Assembly: GCA_002104905.1 (NCBI GenBank)
Contig: MCFE01000347.1
Location: 1 to 64,000 of the forward strand
Origin: Basidiobolus meristosporus CBS 931.73
Lineage: Eukaryota > Fungi > Basidiobolomycota
Direction: 5' to 3'
DNA length: 64,000 nt
The stretch's first letter is position 1; the number at the start of each line of letters is the position of its first letter. Shown here piece after piece: positions 25,429-37,029 of the stretch. The notes under the pieces are model-generated. The model was not told where the DNA came from and ran no database searches. It saw only the letters and a program-made list of their open reading frames with translations. The translations under genes and the position numbers were made by a program.

Positions 25429-26453
25429 ATGGCCGAGTCCTCACACGAGTACACATCAGAACACGAGCTGTTTTACAAGACAAATGTTCACTTGGTGGTA
25501 AACTCTGTTTCGCTGATTATCTTCTGGAGCACCTCCTACAACTCTCTGCTACTGGTGCGGCAGAAAGCCAGCTTCAGTCACGCAGTCTGTTTATTTCAGT
25601 CCATCCTAGGCTTTGTTGCTACACTGAGCAACGTCTTGCACTCGCTGATGCTGGACCAGGATTGCGTTCTGGGCATGTATCTAAACGTCGTTTTCTACTA
25701 CCTCTCCTCGGCCTCCGTAGGATGGCTGTTGGTTCTGAAAGCCTACGCGCTCCACAGCAAGTCCAAGGCGGTCATCCTGATCGGCGGCATCTTGAGTTTG
25801 GTCAAGATCTCTTTGATGGCCCCTACGTTGATAGCAATGAATGTTCGCAGCGAGCCGCTGTGCCAATTGAGCCTGCCTCAGATCAACATCCAGGCCACGG
25901 GACTGGTGGATATGGGTCTGCTGGCTCTCTGCCTGTTTTACTTTGCCCAGTCCAGCCTGCGAAAGTCCCGGCACTTCAAATTGCGCATGAAGGAGGCGCT
26001 GCAGAAGGACGGGGTGGTGTATTTCGCCATTGCTGCGTTCTTGCAGTTCCTCGGCTTGACCAGCGTGTTAGGGAACAGCCTCTGGCAGGGGTATTTCGCG
26101 ATTGTATCCATGACACTGTTGTGTAAGTAGTCGGCGGGTTTGCTTCGTGGTCCTGGGTACTCACCTCTCCATTCCTCCCAGGGAGCTTCTACTCAAAGCT
26201 GTTGTACGAGGGTCTGATGCATAGGATGGACTCGACCTCCTTCGTCTGTACTGGAGACTCCTCGGTCGATCCAACTCCACGCAACGCCAAGCAGGCGGGA
26301 GCTTACGTGGTCCACATCGAGGATCCGGACAAACAGTCGATTGAGCTTGGGGCCATCGATGCCGATGCCGATGTCGATGACGAAAACAAAGCAATCGAAA
26401 TTGACGACTCCCAGTCTCAGGTGAAACTGACTTGCCCCATGGCGTTGGGTTGA
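25429..26453 (+). CDS. Seven-transmembrane (GPCR-like) membrane protein
   Basis: Seven hydrophobic segments by eye, Cys at the start of TM3 and in the second extracellular loop, KDGVVYF before TM6. One intron (about 26125-26179) joins to ORF 26202-26453. Confidence 0.75.
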
Positions 26454-26695
26454 TTTCTCTTGGTATCAAACGATTGTACATTTAATTGTTTCTAGTATAA
26501 TATGGATTTGGACATCACAAGTCAAGTGTTACATAATTTGATGAGGCTTATTAAAGCTCAATTCCATCGCACCATCGGTCCCTACAAAAACCATCTCTTC
26601 CGCCCGCAACCTTGCCCGCCAAAGCCTCCCAATGCCTACAGCTGCAGCCCATCTCTCCCGCAAGTGCGAAGTTACAGGGGGAGGCCCGTTTTCTT

Positions 26696-29129
26696 TTAGC
26701 CGGAGGGGCTGCTTTCCAGCAGACGGTCCGTGCTCTCGTTGGTTGGGTGAGGCTCATCCGTGGAATCGTCAGCGGTGACCTCTCTATACCACCCTCTTTC
26801 CTGGGATCTTTTTACGATCAAACACCCGACTCCCACCACCCCAATGACCGCGAAAATAGCAAGTGCCAGGTACCAGTTGGCGTCCGTAGGAGGTGTCGCT
26901 GCGACCTCCGCCGTCAGGCCCTTGGCGGTTGTCGCCTGGTCCTTGAGATTTGGGTTTGATTCAACACCAAACATAACAATCGCCCAGTCGAGGAAATCCC
27001 CACCTGCGTCGGGGTTCACCCGATCAATCACCTGGAGTGTCCAATTCCCCAACGGTGATTCGTCCCTGCGTTGCAAGACTATTAATCGGACAGCTCGAGT
27101 GCTGAGCAGCGCGTTATCGCTTACCAATGCTTGACCGACATGAATGTCCAGCTTTTCATCCCGGCTTTGCTCTCATCAAGCCTACGGCGAGCAGCCAGTT
27201 GCGAGACTATCTGGTTTGGGGATATGAGATACACCTCCAGATCGCCTCGTCTGGCGTGGTCAATGTTCACCCGGACGGTGACGTGCTCCAGCGAATGAAG
27301 TTGGGCCGGGCCGGTCTCTGCTTCTGTGATCTGGATGGTGCTGTTGACGCCGTGCTCGCCCTGGGGTATCTTCTTGCCGACCACTTGGACGGGGGTTTCC
27401 AGGCGAATCTGAGGCCCCACCGATTGGAATGTTTTTGCTGCTTCCACGATCCGGTAGGCGTCTAGCTTGCCATAGCCGAACTTGTGGTTGAAGAGTCGGC
27501 CAGCAGCGGTCGGCTTCCAGTCCTCATCTTCCAGCGAGATGGGAATCGCCGCCTGCACACAAAGATGCTGGATATCTCGCCAATGCAATTCTGGGCTATG
27601 GCAACGGGAAAGAAGATGTGAACACATGCCGTCTCTTCATGCCGCACTCGTCCACTTACCGAATAGAAAGTACGAGGGCAATGATTCCTGCGGCCAAGGG
27701 GGCGGCAGCCGACGTTCCTCCGTGCAGGTTGGAGCAACTCGAATGGCCAACATCGGTCGTATACTGTGGAAGCAAGGGAAGGCTTAGTTCTGGCCGAGAT
27801 AGACGACTGAGCCGTAGTTGAAAATACGTACAATGTAGTTGCCTTGTCCGCTACTGTAGGACACTGCCAGTTGCGCAGCGCAGCTCTCCGAATAATACGG
27901 GTGGGCGTCGGTATGGTCGATGGCCCCAATGGTCACGGTATAGATGCTGTTGGTGTATCCATCGAAGTTGCAATTGTCGTCGTGGGACCCACCATTCCCG
28001 GACGCGAACACGAAGACACTTCCTTTCCCACCGCGCCCTTTTTGGATCCCGTTGATTAGGGCGTACAGAATCAACCCCTTGGGTCCATCCATCGATTGGC
28101 CGTCGTCGGGTGGCCCCCAGCTGCAGGAATACACTTGGTTCTTTTGGTATTGGTAGTTGATGGCCAGCGCTTCGTCAGTGTCGGTGATCTCTGCTGACAG
28201 TATCCTCAGTCCTAATAATAGCTGTCAGTAACAGTGGATCCCGCCGCACAGATGTGCTCCGGCTTACCGGCCACTTTCGCTTCATACGCGACCCCGATTC
28301 CGCAGAAGTCGTTCTTCGCCGCAGCTATCTCTCCGGCACAGCGCGTGCCGTGGTAATCATCCGAGAGGCGAGGTTTCGGCTGGCTGACATGGTCGTTAAA
28401 GTCAAACGAACCCTCAGCAAACTAATCCCCAGAATCAGTATAGAGTGGAGCCAGCAAATTATCTGAATAAACACTAACGTAATTGCTCGCAAGGTCCTTG
28501 TTGTCCATGTCCAATCCATCATCGAGAATTGCCACCACCACTCCCTTGCCCGTGATGCCTTGCTCCCATACCCCAGTCACATTGATGTCTCTCTTGGCAC
28601 CGTTATGCTAGGTCAAACAATAGGATGTTAGCCGGCTGCTAGCCACTGTGCGACATCAAGTACATACCAAGAACCATTGTTTTTGGAACATGGGATCTTC
28701 CAAAGGCGAATTGTTGGACGAGGTAATATTACCAGAAGTAGCTCCGTTTGGAGGAGGGGGAGGAGGGATAGGGCCTCGCTTGCTTCGAAGTCGAGGTATT
28801 TGCTTCTCCAGTGAAGATATGCTTGCCAAAGCGGACAGAGCGCGCTTTTCCAGCTGTCCACCAAACTGAAGCTTCTGCAACTGCTCGACCTGTTGGCCAA
28901 CTGGATCCTCGTGCTCCCCCGTTTTTGGGCAAGAGAATAGATGGTAATTCTCCAGCTCCCCTATCTGACCGTGATGCGTCAGGTCTAGCAGACGAGCTAT
29001 CTCCGACGGGGCGGCGGAGTGTATAGCGTAGTAATGATGCTCTCGATGGTTTTGCCTTACCAGGTTCCAACCTAGCGTTGTCGAGACGCACGCGAAGAAA
29101 AGTGCGATAAGTGGTGGTGGGCGTAGCAT
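26696..29129 (-). CDS. KEX2: Kexin/Kex2 proprotein convertase (S8B)
   Basis: Signal peptide and prodomain ending RSKR; catalytic motifs [18 protein letters not shown] and HGGTSAAAP; P domain [18 protein letters not shown]; a TM helix and cytosolic tail. Introns splice in frame. Confidence 0.96.
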
Positions 29130-29566
29130 GTTCAACAGAGCTGGCTATGCTGCATGGAGGAAACCCTTGAACTGACTCGACCATACTTCGTGCGGGGTCT
29201 TATGAATATGTTCGGCTGCCGATTTGCCACGTGTAAACCGCGTGCTCGCAAACCCCAACAACAACAAGCCGGCCTTCGAAGGGCACCAAAAGGTTTGCTT
29301 GTTTTCATATGCAGCAACCTGCGACACCACTCGCCTCTGTGCGATAATCGCTAACCAACTGTGGTAGTGGTTTCGAACTCTATTTCGTCCACACCCATTG
29401 GCCGATGAGCGATCACATGATGGAACCGAGAATATGATCATTTCTCACATGCTGATCATGGCTGAGCCTGACACAAAAATCTAACCCACATGCACAAAGC
29501 TTTCCCACAGATGGGCTGAGATTAGCAATTCGTCAGTGGAGTATCCATACCTTGAGTTCGCCCAGA

Positions 29567-30826
29567 ATGCCGTGCATACAGAAACAACACCTCAAGAACT
29601 TGTCGGGATACTAGTACAGTGGTGCGGACAAGTCCCTGCTATCGAAATATGTATTGCAGGCTTACTGGACGAGACTGGTGGAGTAAGTTCTCGCTCGACC
29701 GTTTCTGCGTGTGGCGCGAGTGCCGACCTTTCTGCATTTGGACCCAACTTCATCACGCTCCTTGGCTTCTCACCTTCCTCGACAGCGTTTATTAGAACCA
29801 CCGCATTCTCACGCATGCGCTGCTTTCAGATATGCCCTCGGTCTTTAGGTCTACGCCTCGCTTGATACCATCGAGGGTAAGCAGGCTGACCGCGATGACG
29901 CTTCTTTCCAGTAATTAATCAGAGTGCAATCTTACGCCGGGTGTGATGGCGGCTGACGATTACATGGGACATATCGACGAGTAACTTCTACCTTTCGACC
30001 TGGGAAGAGTACCATACTGGGACTTTGTATCTCGGCTATTTCAGCGGTCCAGTGGAAGGGATCGTAATGCTCGTCATTTTATTCGTTTTAACCGGGCTGC
30101 TAGGTAAGTATGGGGATCGACCCCCCCCCCACAGAGTTGTACAGTCCTAAGATACCATCGTATCATATATAGAGGGCGGCCCTGTCTTTTGGGGATCGTC
30201 GTTGCGTGAGGTTCTGGGCCTGGCGCCTGGCAGGTGCACTTGGATCTCTGATTACCCTATCAACGTATTCCTCAACGCACTCTCGATTCTTGTACTTGGC
30301 AGCAACGTGGTCAATGGGTTCGTATCGCCACGCCGGTTTTATTGGTAAGCTCGCTGGATTCTAATCTTGCGTTTAGCATCGGACTGGTGTACAACTATCT
30401 CCTTACCTACCCAGGATTGTGACCCACCATTTGACCCCGTTCATGATATATTGCGGATGCTCATTTGGATACATGGCTGGCCGTATCATCCTCGCCCATG
30501 TCACGAAGGCTCCATTCCCGTTCCCTCATCGAGTGTACATTCCACTGATCTTGGGCTCGCTGAAAGCCCCACTTCCCGCATATTTCAATTGGTAGGCCTT
30601 CTCGGAACCCTTGGCAATCCACACCCCCAGTACTCAACCGCCTCCCCTCCCCTCCTCTCCTAGGAACTCTCTTTTTCCGATGGAGTACGAGTACCACTAC
30701 ATCCTGTTGGCTCTAGCCTACTCCATCGCCATCTACGCCCATTTTGCCATCTCGGTGATTTGCGAGGTATGCGACTACTTCGACATCTGGTGCCTCAGCA
30801 TCAAGCATCCCAAGAAGCAACTGTAA
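29567..30826 (+). pseudogene. Choline/ethanolamine phosphotransferase (EPT1/CPT1 family), disrupted
   Basis: Reads MPCIQKQHLKNLSGY*YSGADKSLLSKYVL (TAG 29612-29614), PNFITLLG, GL*VYASLDTIEGKQA (TAG 29846-29848), TWEEYHTGTLYLG, GRIILAH and a C-terminal CDYFDIWCLSIK. The CDP-alcohol motif is truncated after KQA. Confidence 0.88.
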
Positions 30827-31746
30827 ACCACTCTCCCTCAGAATCCGTCCCATGCCTCCATCAAAAATAAACCTGCCTTTATTCCATCCAGACGGACCAT
30901 CATTTATCCCCCCATGTTCCGAAATACTTACCAGAAATCCACTGCTTCCACCCGTCCGGCGTCGGTGGACCAAATCTTGCCTCCACCGCTTCTGCGGTAA
31001 AGCTTGCGTAAAAACCAAGTGGGGGTCTGCTAGTTGCCGGTGGAGCAGACGGTGAGGATGGGATTTCTTGTGGGCAGTGCTCGAGCCGGTGCTTGGATCG
31101 ATGTTCCCTTGCCTTGTCACACATGGGTCGGTCTTGTTCGGGAGAGAATCGGAACTCCCATTGCCCCAAGCCAGTGTACAATGGACATTTGTTGTCGGAT
31201 CTGAACTCGAACGAGTCATGCTCCACCTTCGTCGTGTCCGGCTGGCCATTTTAGGGTTCGCTTTGGGAGTCTGACCCATCCGGCACTCCACCAACGGGAT
31301 GCCCAAGGAAAGAGCACGGCGATCTGCCACGTATGACGGATTGGCTCGCTGTGAAGGTACGATACTGTGCTCAAGATGGTTGACTCGACTGGTCCCGTAG
31401 AGGAGTGGGGTCAGCGAAGTGAATGGGCCGGTGTTTATTCAGGTAGGATAGATCCGGTTCGTGACTGAAATCCGACCTCAGCAGCGACCAATCACCCGCC
31501 TGGCCCGGGCATTGGATCGTTGATCCGTTCACTTGGACTCATTCTGGTTTATCCACAGAGGAAGGTTGGGTGACTGTTGATCGAATGCCCCCTAGAATTC
31601 GCCTACTTCTTGACAATAAGATGCATCTAAATGGGTCGGAATTCTCCGAGATGTGATAAGAGTCGAGTGGCAATTGGCGGAATATAAATGAAATCCTTAT
31701 TTTACTGCTCCTTAATGTCCGAACGCTGTCCCATGGTACTTATTGA

Positions 31747-33907
31747 ATGGCTTTTCCGTCTGGCATAGATAGCCACAGCCCCTTCCTTCATAGAGTCTCC
31801 TTTTTCCCCAACCTTCCTGATTCTCCTTCCCGGAAGATGCTCGTCGAATCCACCCATGTTCCTCCGAAGACCGTGCTGAAGAGAAGCCAGATAAAGACGA
31901 TGAAATTACTGAGCAACAATGCTCGTAGACTGGAGTTGCAAAAAACCCTTCAGCCCAGGCAGCATCGTAGTGTCTCTTTACCCGAGCAGCCGTCCGCGCT
32001 TAACAAACCTCCCCCCAGTGCCAGTCACGACGACAACCTGGTGGCGAAGAAAGGCCACCGGTTCGGGATAACTAGGTTAGTTGTAGAATGGCCGATCCCT
32101 GTGCTTCTGTGTTCGCTGTTATCCAACGAGGGATTAATCGGTGGATGTGATTGATATAGAAAGCGAAGATTCGAAGGGCCAGATCCAGAAAAGGTAACCG
32201 CCCTCCGGCTTGTTTCTTGGCGACGCTCGAGCTGATCAGGGCCATTCTTTTTCGCAGGGAAATCCAAACTGAAGAAGGCCCAAAGTGACGAAGGCGTAGG
32301 CCGCGCCTGTCCCGCGGAGGCGATGGAGGTGGACTTCGACGAGATTGGATCGATGCGCCACTCGACGATCCCCCGCTCCTTCAAAAGCCTCCTAACGGCC
32401 ATGGGCTCGGCACTCAAAGCCAACAAAGGGAAGCAATCCCGGAAATTCTCGTCCATGTTCGACGGAGGGGACGAGTACGCATTGGACAGGGAAAGGCTCA
32501 AAATCTTCATCGGCACCTGGAATATGTACGGAAAGGTTGGTCTATCTGCTCGTCTTCTTGAAGCGCCGCTGCTAACACATTGCCAGCCCCCACCGCAGGA
32601 TCTAGCCCCATTTATCGAGCAACCCGAGCACGCTAACCCTAGCATCACCCCCTATTTGAACTGCCGCGACGAACATCCCTACCATCTGCTGGTAATCGGG
32701 ACTCAGGAGTGCCAGCGACCTATCTCGGAATCGGTCCTATTTCCCTCTAAAGAGGAATGGGAAAAGCAGCTGGAGGAAGTGCTGAGTCCGCAGTACGTGC
32801 TGGTTAAATCCGAGACCATGGCTGCCCTCCACCTGGCGGTGTTTGTATGGAAGGATTGCCGTCACTGGATCAAAGGTACATGCACTCAGACACTTGTCAC
32901 CACCACGATTACTTACCCATCATCCACAGCGCGACACTCGGCTCAGGTTGCAACAGGCATCGGGGGAATCATCGGAAACAAGGGAGGCGTAGGGATCTCC
33001 ATCCTATTTGGAGCCACATCGCTACTTTTCGTGAATAGCCACTTCACCGGTAAGGCCACTGCATGCCACTTTCTCCAGACCATCCAACCCACCCCTCCAC
33101 CATCTAGCGCACCAATCGAGAGTTTCCTATCGCAACTACGACTACAAGCGAATCGACCGCGAGTTGAAACTCCCGGGCTACAAGAAAGCGGACACCGGTA
33201 AGCCTTCGATGACTAGCGGATGCCAAACCCATGTGAGCTAAACGTGTATGTTCGCAAGCCCCCTCCTCGTTGGCCAGCGAGCGATTCGATTACACATTCT
33301 GGTTTGGCGACCTGAATTATCGGGTGAACGGGGATCGAGCAACGATCGACAGAAAGATCAGCGAAGGCGACATGGATGTAAGTTGCCCACATACGTCTTG
33401 GGATGGCCCTTTGGATGATTCAATGATTTGCCTTGGATACAGTACCTGTTGGAGAACGACCAGTTGAACATTCAACGCCAGTGCCTCAACGTATTTCAAG
33501 GCTTCCAGGAGGCACCAATCCACTTCCCGCCTACCTATAAGTTTGATGTCCCTAGCCTACCGACCGCGGACTACAGCCGAACAATCTACGATTTCATCCA
33601 ACCGAACAATGTTTACGACACCAGCCCCAAGGCTAGGGTTCCTTCTTGGACCGACCGGATTCTATACAAGGCACGGAAAGGTGTGGTGGATGTGGCGCGT
33701 TACGAGGCTGTGATGGAGATGTATGGCTCTGATCACAAACCGGTGGTGGGAATCTTTCTAGCTGAGTTCAACTGGAAGAAAGAGCTCGCCAAAGAGCTCA
33801 AGAGCTGCTTCAAGAGCGGCACCATTGCGCAGACCATCGAGCAACAGCGAGATCTGATGTTGGCCAAGTTAGCCAAAGAACAGTATGCCCCTTGTAAAAT
33901 GCAGTAG
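31747..33907 (+). CDS. Inositol polyphosphate 5-phosphatase with a C-terminal CaaX box (INPP5E-like)
   Basis: IFIGTWNM, GTQE, GNKGGV, NSHF, FWFGDLNYRV, PPTYKFD and RVPSWTDRILY motifs, SDHKPV, ending CKMQ. The 5' exon boundaries are uncertain. Confidence 0.92.
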
Positions 33908-34147
33908 TCGTACCTACCTAAGGCCTGTTCAGCCCATAGAGTTTTCGTGTAAATAACCTTGCTCCTGTGACCCATTTAAGCAATAATCCTCTAATTCTAT
34001 AACCAGTAACTCCAAACCATCTCAACTCCCCACCCTATAGAACCCAGCACAAGCCCCACTTCTCCATGGAAGCACTTTATTGAGTGTGACGCAGCATCAA
34101 GTCGAGACGACAGCCATACCCACGATAACCATGTAACCATCCATTCG

Positions 34148-34939
34148 TCACCACCAAAGAGAGCTTCGAAGGTTCTGCGATGGGACTCCCGGGAACGGCG
34201 TTAACGGTAAGATGAATCCGTAACTCACTACCCAATAAAAACATCCGAATATCACCCCGCTAGTCTTCTCCCTTATGGTATGGAAATACACGTTGGTCAT
34301 CAGCAGCATCCACCACCAAAGGAACTAGAGCGCGATCAATCCGATCCCAAGCATTTTGGACGCGAGGTGCCTGTTGATACGGGTGTTTAATCTAGGGTTG
34401 AACCAGCCAAATTTCAGCTTCTCCCACAGGAACAGGGATGCATGTACAAGCAGCATACAATGCCCGGACATGTCGTGGCCTCCTGCCCATTCTCCTCCAT
34501 TCGACTCGGTGACGGAAGGGCCCGCGAAACTCTGAGTCATGAAATACCAGTACAAGGTGGCCAACAGCCAGCGAAACCAGAAGGGACCGGCTTCCTTGAT
34601 ATCCAGCCGAGCGAAAGCTATGGTGACAAATGGAAGATATAGCACAGAAGTCCAGCCCCAGCCATACGTGACAAATACGCCATTGAACAGGTTTCTCTCG
34701 TCGGAAAAGTAGGCCTCGTGGGCGGGGTGGAGGAAGTGTACCAAACTCCCCAGAGGAGCAGTCCCGGCGTACATCAGGGTGATAGGCTGGAACTGCTGGA
34801 TACAGAAGTTGCTTAGTGTTGGCCCTTGACTTAAGGAGGAGGCATTCACCAGATCTCGCTGTATATTCTGGCCGGCAAATACCTGTTTTTCAACTGCCCG
34901 TAGATGGTGCTTTTCAGGTTCTGTAAGCGAACTGCTCAT
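34148..34939 (-). pseudogene. FIT-family (Scs3/Yft2, fat-storage-inducing transmembrane) acyl-CoA diphosphatase, prematurely stopped
   Basis: RNLFN..FV.YGWGWT, GGHDMSGH and HASLFLWE motifs. TAG at 34325-34327 is followed in frame by the conserved LWWWMLLMTNVYFHTIREKTSG. The loop between GPSVTE and GGEW is unusually short. Confidence 0.8.
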
Positions 34940-35406
34940 GGTAAAGGATTGTTTCACGCAGACCCAGCACTCGACTGACTTGTTAAAGAGTATGTCGTGG
35001 TCATGAGTCGTGACGTCACTACAGGATACTTTCAATTTCAAGGCTCATTACTTCACAATGGTGCGTTTGATACAGGCTGAAATGGTCATATTTTGTATTC
35101 TTCGGCGAGTTTGGATCTCGTGCACTTCGGTGCAGGTGATCGAATTGGCTTCTTTATTAGTAAAACTGTATTTGCTTAATGGTTTAAACGAAACTCCACT
35201 TCTATGCATTTTGTAAGAGTCGAACAAAAATAGTTCCGTCGTCTACATCCGTGTTACAAGAGCCCGCTAATTTATGCTAGAACCACTGAAAAACAGTTTG
35301 CAAACTTTTCTGGGTACATATATGGTGTTGGTGTTGGTGGTCTTTGGAATCTCATTTCAGTCGGTTAGCTTCGAAAGTGTATTTCGGCACGCTTGACATT
35401 TCGGAT

Positions 35407-37029
35407 TTAGTTAGTAAACCCCTGTGTTTTACGTGTTTCCCTGAAATGGAGTGGGCGATCGCTCAACAACAGCAAAGAAGTTGCGGCGGAAGAGACCTTG
35501 CTTGTTAAAAGGATAGGATCCTCATAAGAGGTTCCCAAAGGTGGTAGCTGAACAATTGAGCCTCGATTCTCCGAGTTTTTGCAAGAGTGGCGTGGTGAGA
35601 TGGAAGGCAGCAGGTTGGCTTGTTTAGTACCGATATGATTCGAGTAAGGAACGGCAGAGGCATTAGAGATACAAAAGCTATTAAGGCCATTAGACATAAT
35701 AGCTTTTTCATATTGTTGCAGAGAGTGACGAGTTGTTGGTGGAGCGGAAGGTGCGATGGTAGGTGTTGGTGGCGGAAGTTGAATTACCGAGGTCGTCTTA
35801 TCAAGCGGTGTCAAACCATATGGGTCGGCCTTGATGATCAATTTCTTTTTAGATGCTGCTGAGGGCTCCGAAAGTACCTTATGATTGTTCCCTTCAACAT
35901 TGGACTTTTCCTGAGTGGAGAGTGCTAGGTATCGCTTAGGTATTCTTGCTTCTTCAGACTCCACTGAGCGTTTCAAAGTTCGCGAACGTGTCGAGAAAAT
36001 TTTGGCGTCTTCGCCCTCAATAATCCGAAACCCTTTAGCATGTGGATTATATTGCTTTTTCAGTTGATTGACTGCATTATTCTGATAATGGGTAACCGCG
36101 ATGAAAGCTGCTTCCTCAAATACAAAAGTCTTCTCTTGTTGAATGCCTTCATTAAGTTTAATAAGGTGCACCCGAGGCTGATATTTGTGAAACGTTTTCA
36201 GAGGAAAATAACCATCTGGAAGTGCGAATTCTGGATCAAAAGCACTCCTGCGACAATCCATGAATGATCCATTATTCAACACCTTGTTGTCAATCGAGTT
36301 CTCAAGTCTGTTAGTCAACTTTACTTTGGTAAAGGAAACGCCATTCTTGACCCAGTAAGCTCCTAATTGGCCAAGTGCTTTAGTCCACTAACCTGTGCTG
36401 TTCATGCCAAATAGATTCAATGATTTACCTGACTGGGGAGAGTCTGGGTGTGTATATTCTCTCGTGATCCAGCATTCCAAGCCGGGTCGCTTCTTTTCGC
36501 TCATCGTATACGGCTGTGGCTGGCTCTTTGAAACATCGCTGTGGACCACCACCCATTCATCGTTGCGAAATTTAAATCTTTCTGGAGAAATCTGCTCAAA
36601 GTCTAGCTTAATTTTGTAAAGTGCATATGGGTCCAAGTCTGTTGCTTTAAATTTCAGGGAAGGAAAAAGACATCTTCCAGTTTTTGTAATTATCATCTCA
36701 TTGGCGATGGAGTTGAACTGCTTCCATAAGCTGGCCTCTTCAAGGTGCAAAGCCCCACGCTGCTGCTCTACTGTGCCGCCTACTATAGGCGTGCTTACCA
36801 CTTGAGGGGTAGTCTGAATGGTGACTGCGGGTCCACTGGGTTATCAAACAATATATTAGCAGATGTATCCGAAGAAGTATTAAGAAGGTAATAGTGTCAA
36901 TTGAGCTAAAGGTGGCTTTTTGGTATGAATACTACAAGGGAAATTTATTCCTGCTTGATAACTTTACCTAGGATCCATGGGATTTTGAAGCTTAGTATAT
37001 GAGAAATCTCCAGTGTGCAGATTATTCAT
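35407..37029 (-). CDS. T-box transcription factor
   Basis: LWKQF...NEMIITKTGRCLFP, HPDSPQSGAYW...VSFTKVKLTN, HKYQPRVH and FIAVTHYQN...NPHAKGFR. Two introns splice in frame; the start codon is tentative. Confidence 0.93.

Noticed and set aside
29846-29848. A-to-I editing of TAG to TGG restoring Trp
   Set aside because: It fits this one codon only and would not repair the other stop or the deletions in the same gene.
30713-31330. GC-rich overlapping minus-strand ORFs (205 and 108 aa) with a GTAAGT donor
   Set aside because: No recognisable domain, no clear start or downstream exon, and it runs into the 3' end of the EPT1-type pseudogene.
23236-34939. UAG recoding (alternative genetic code) suggested by four in-frame TAGs in three conserved genes
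   Set aside because: The expected residues differ (Lys, Trp and others). The long intact ORFs contain no in-frame TAG, TAG ends normal genes here (SDR, 5-phosphatase), and the same genes also have frameshifts, deletions or a lost splice site.
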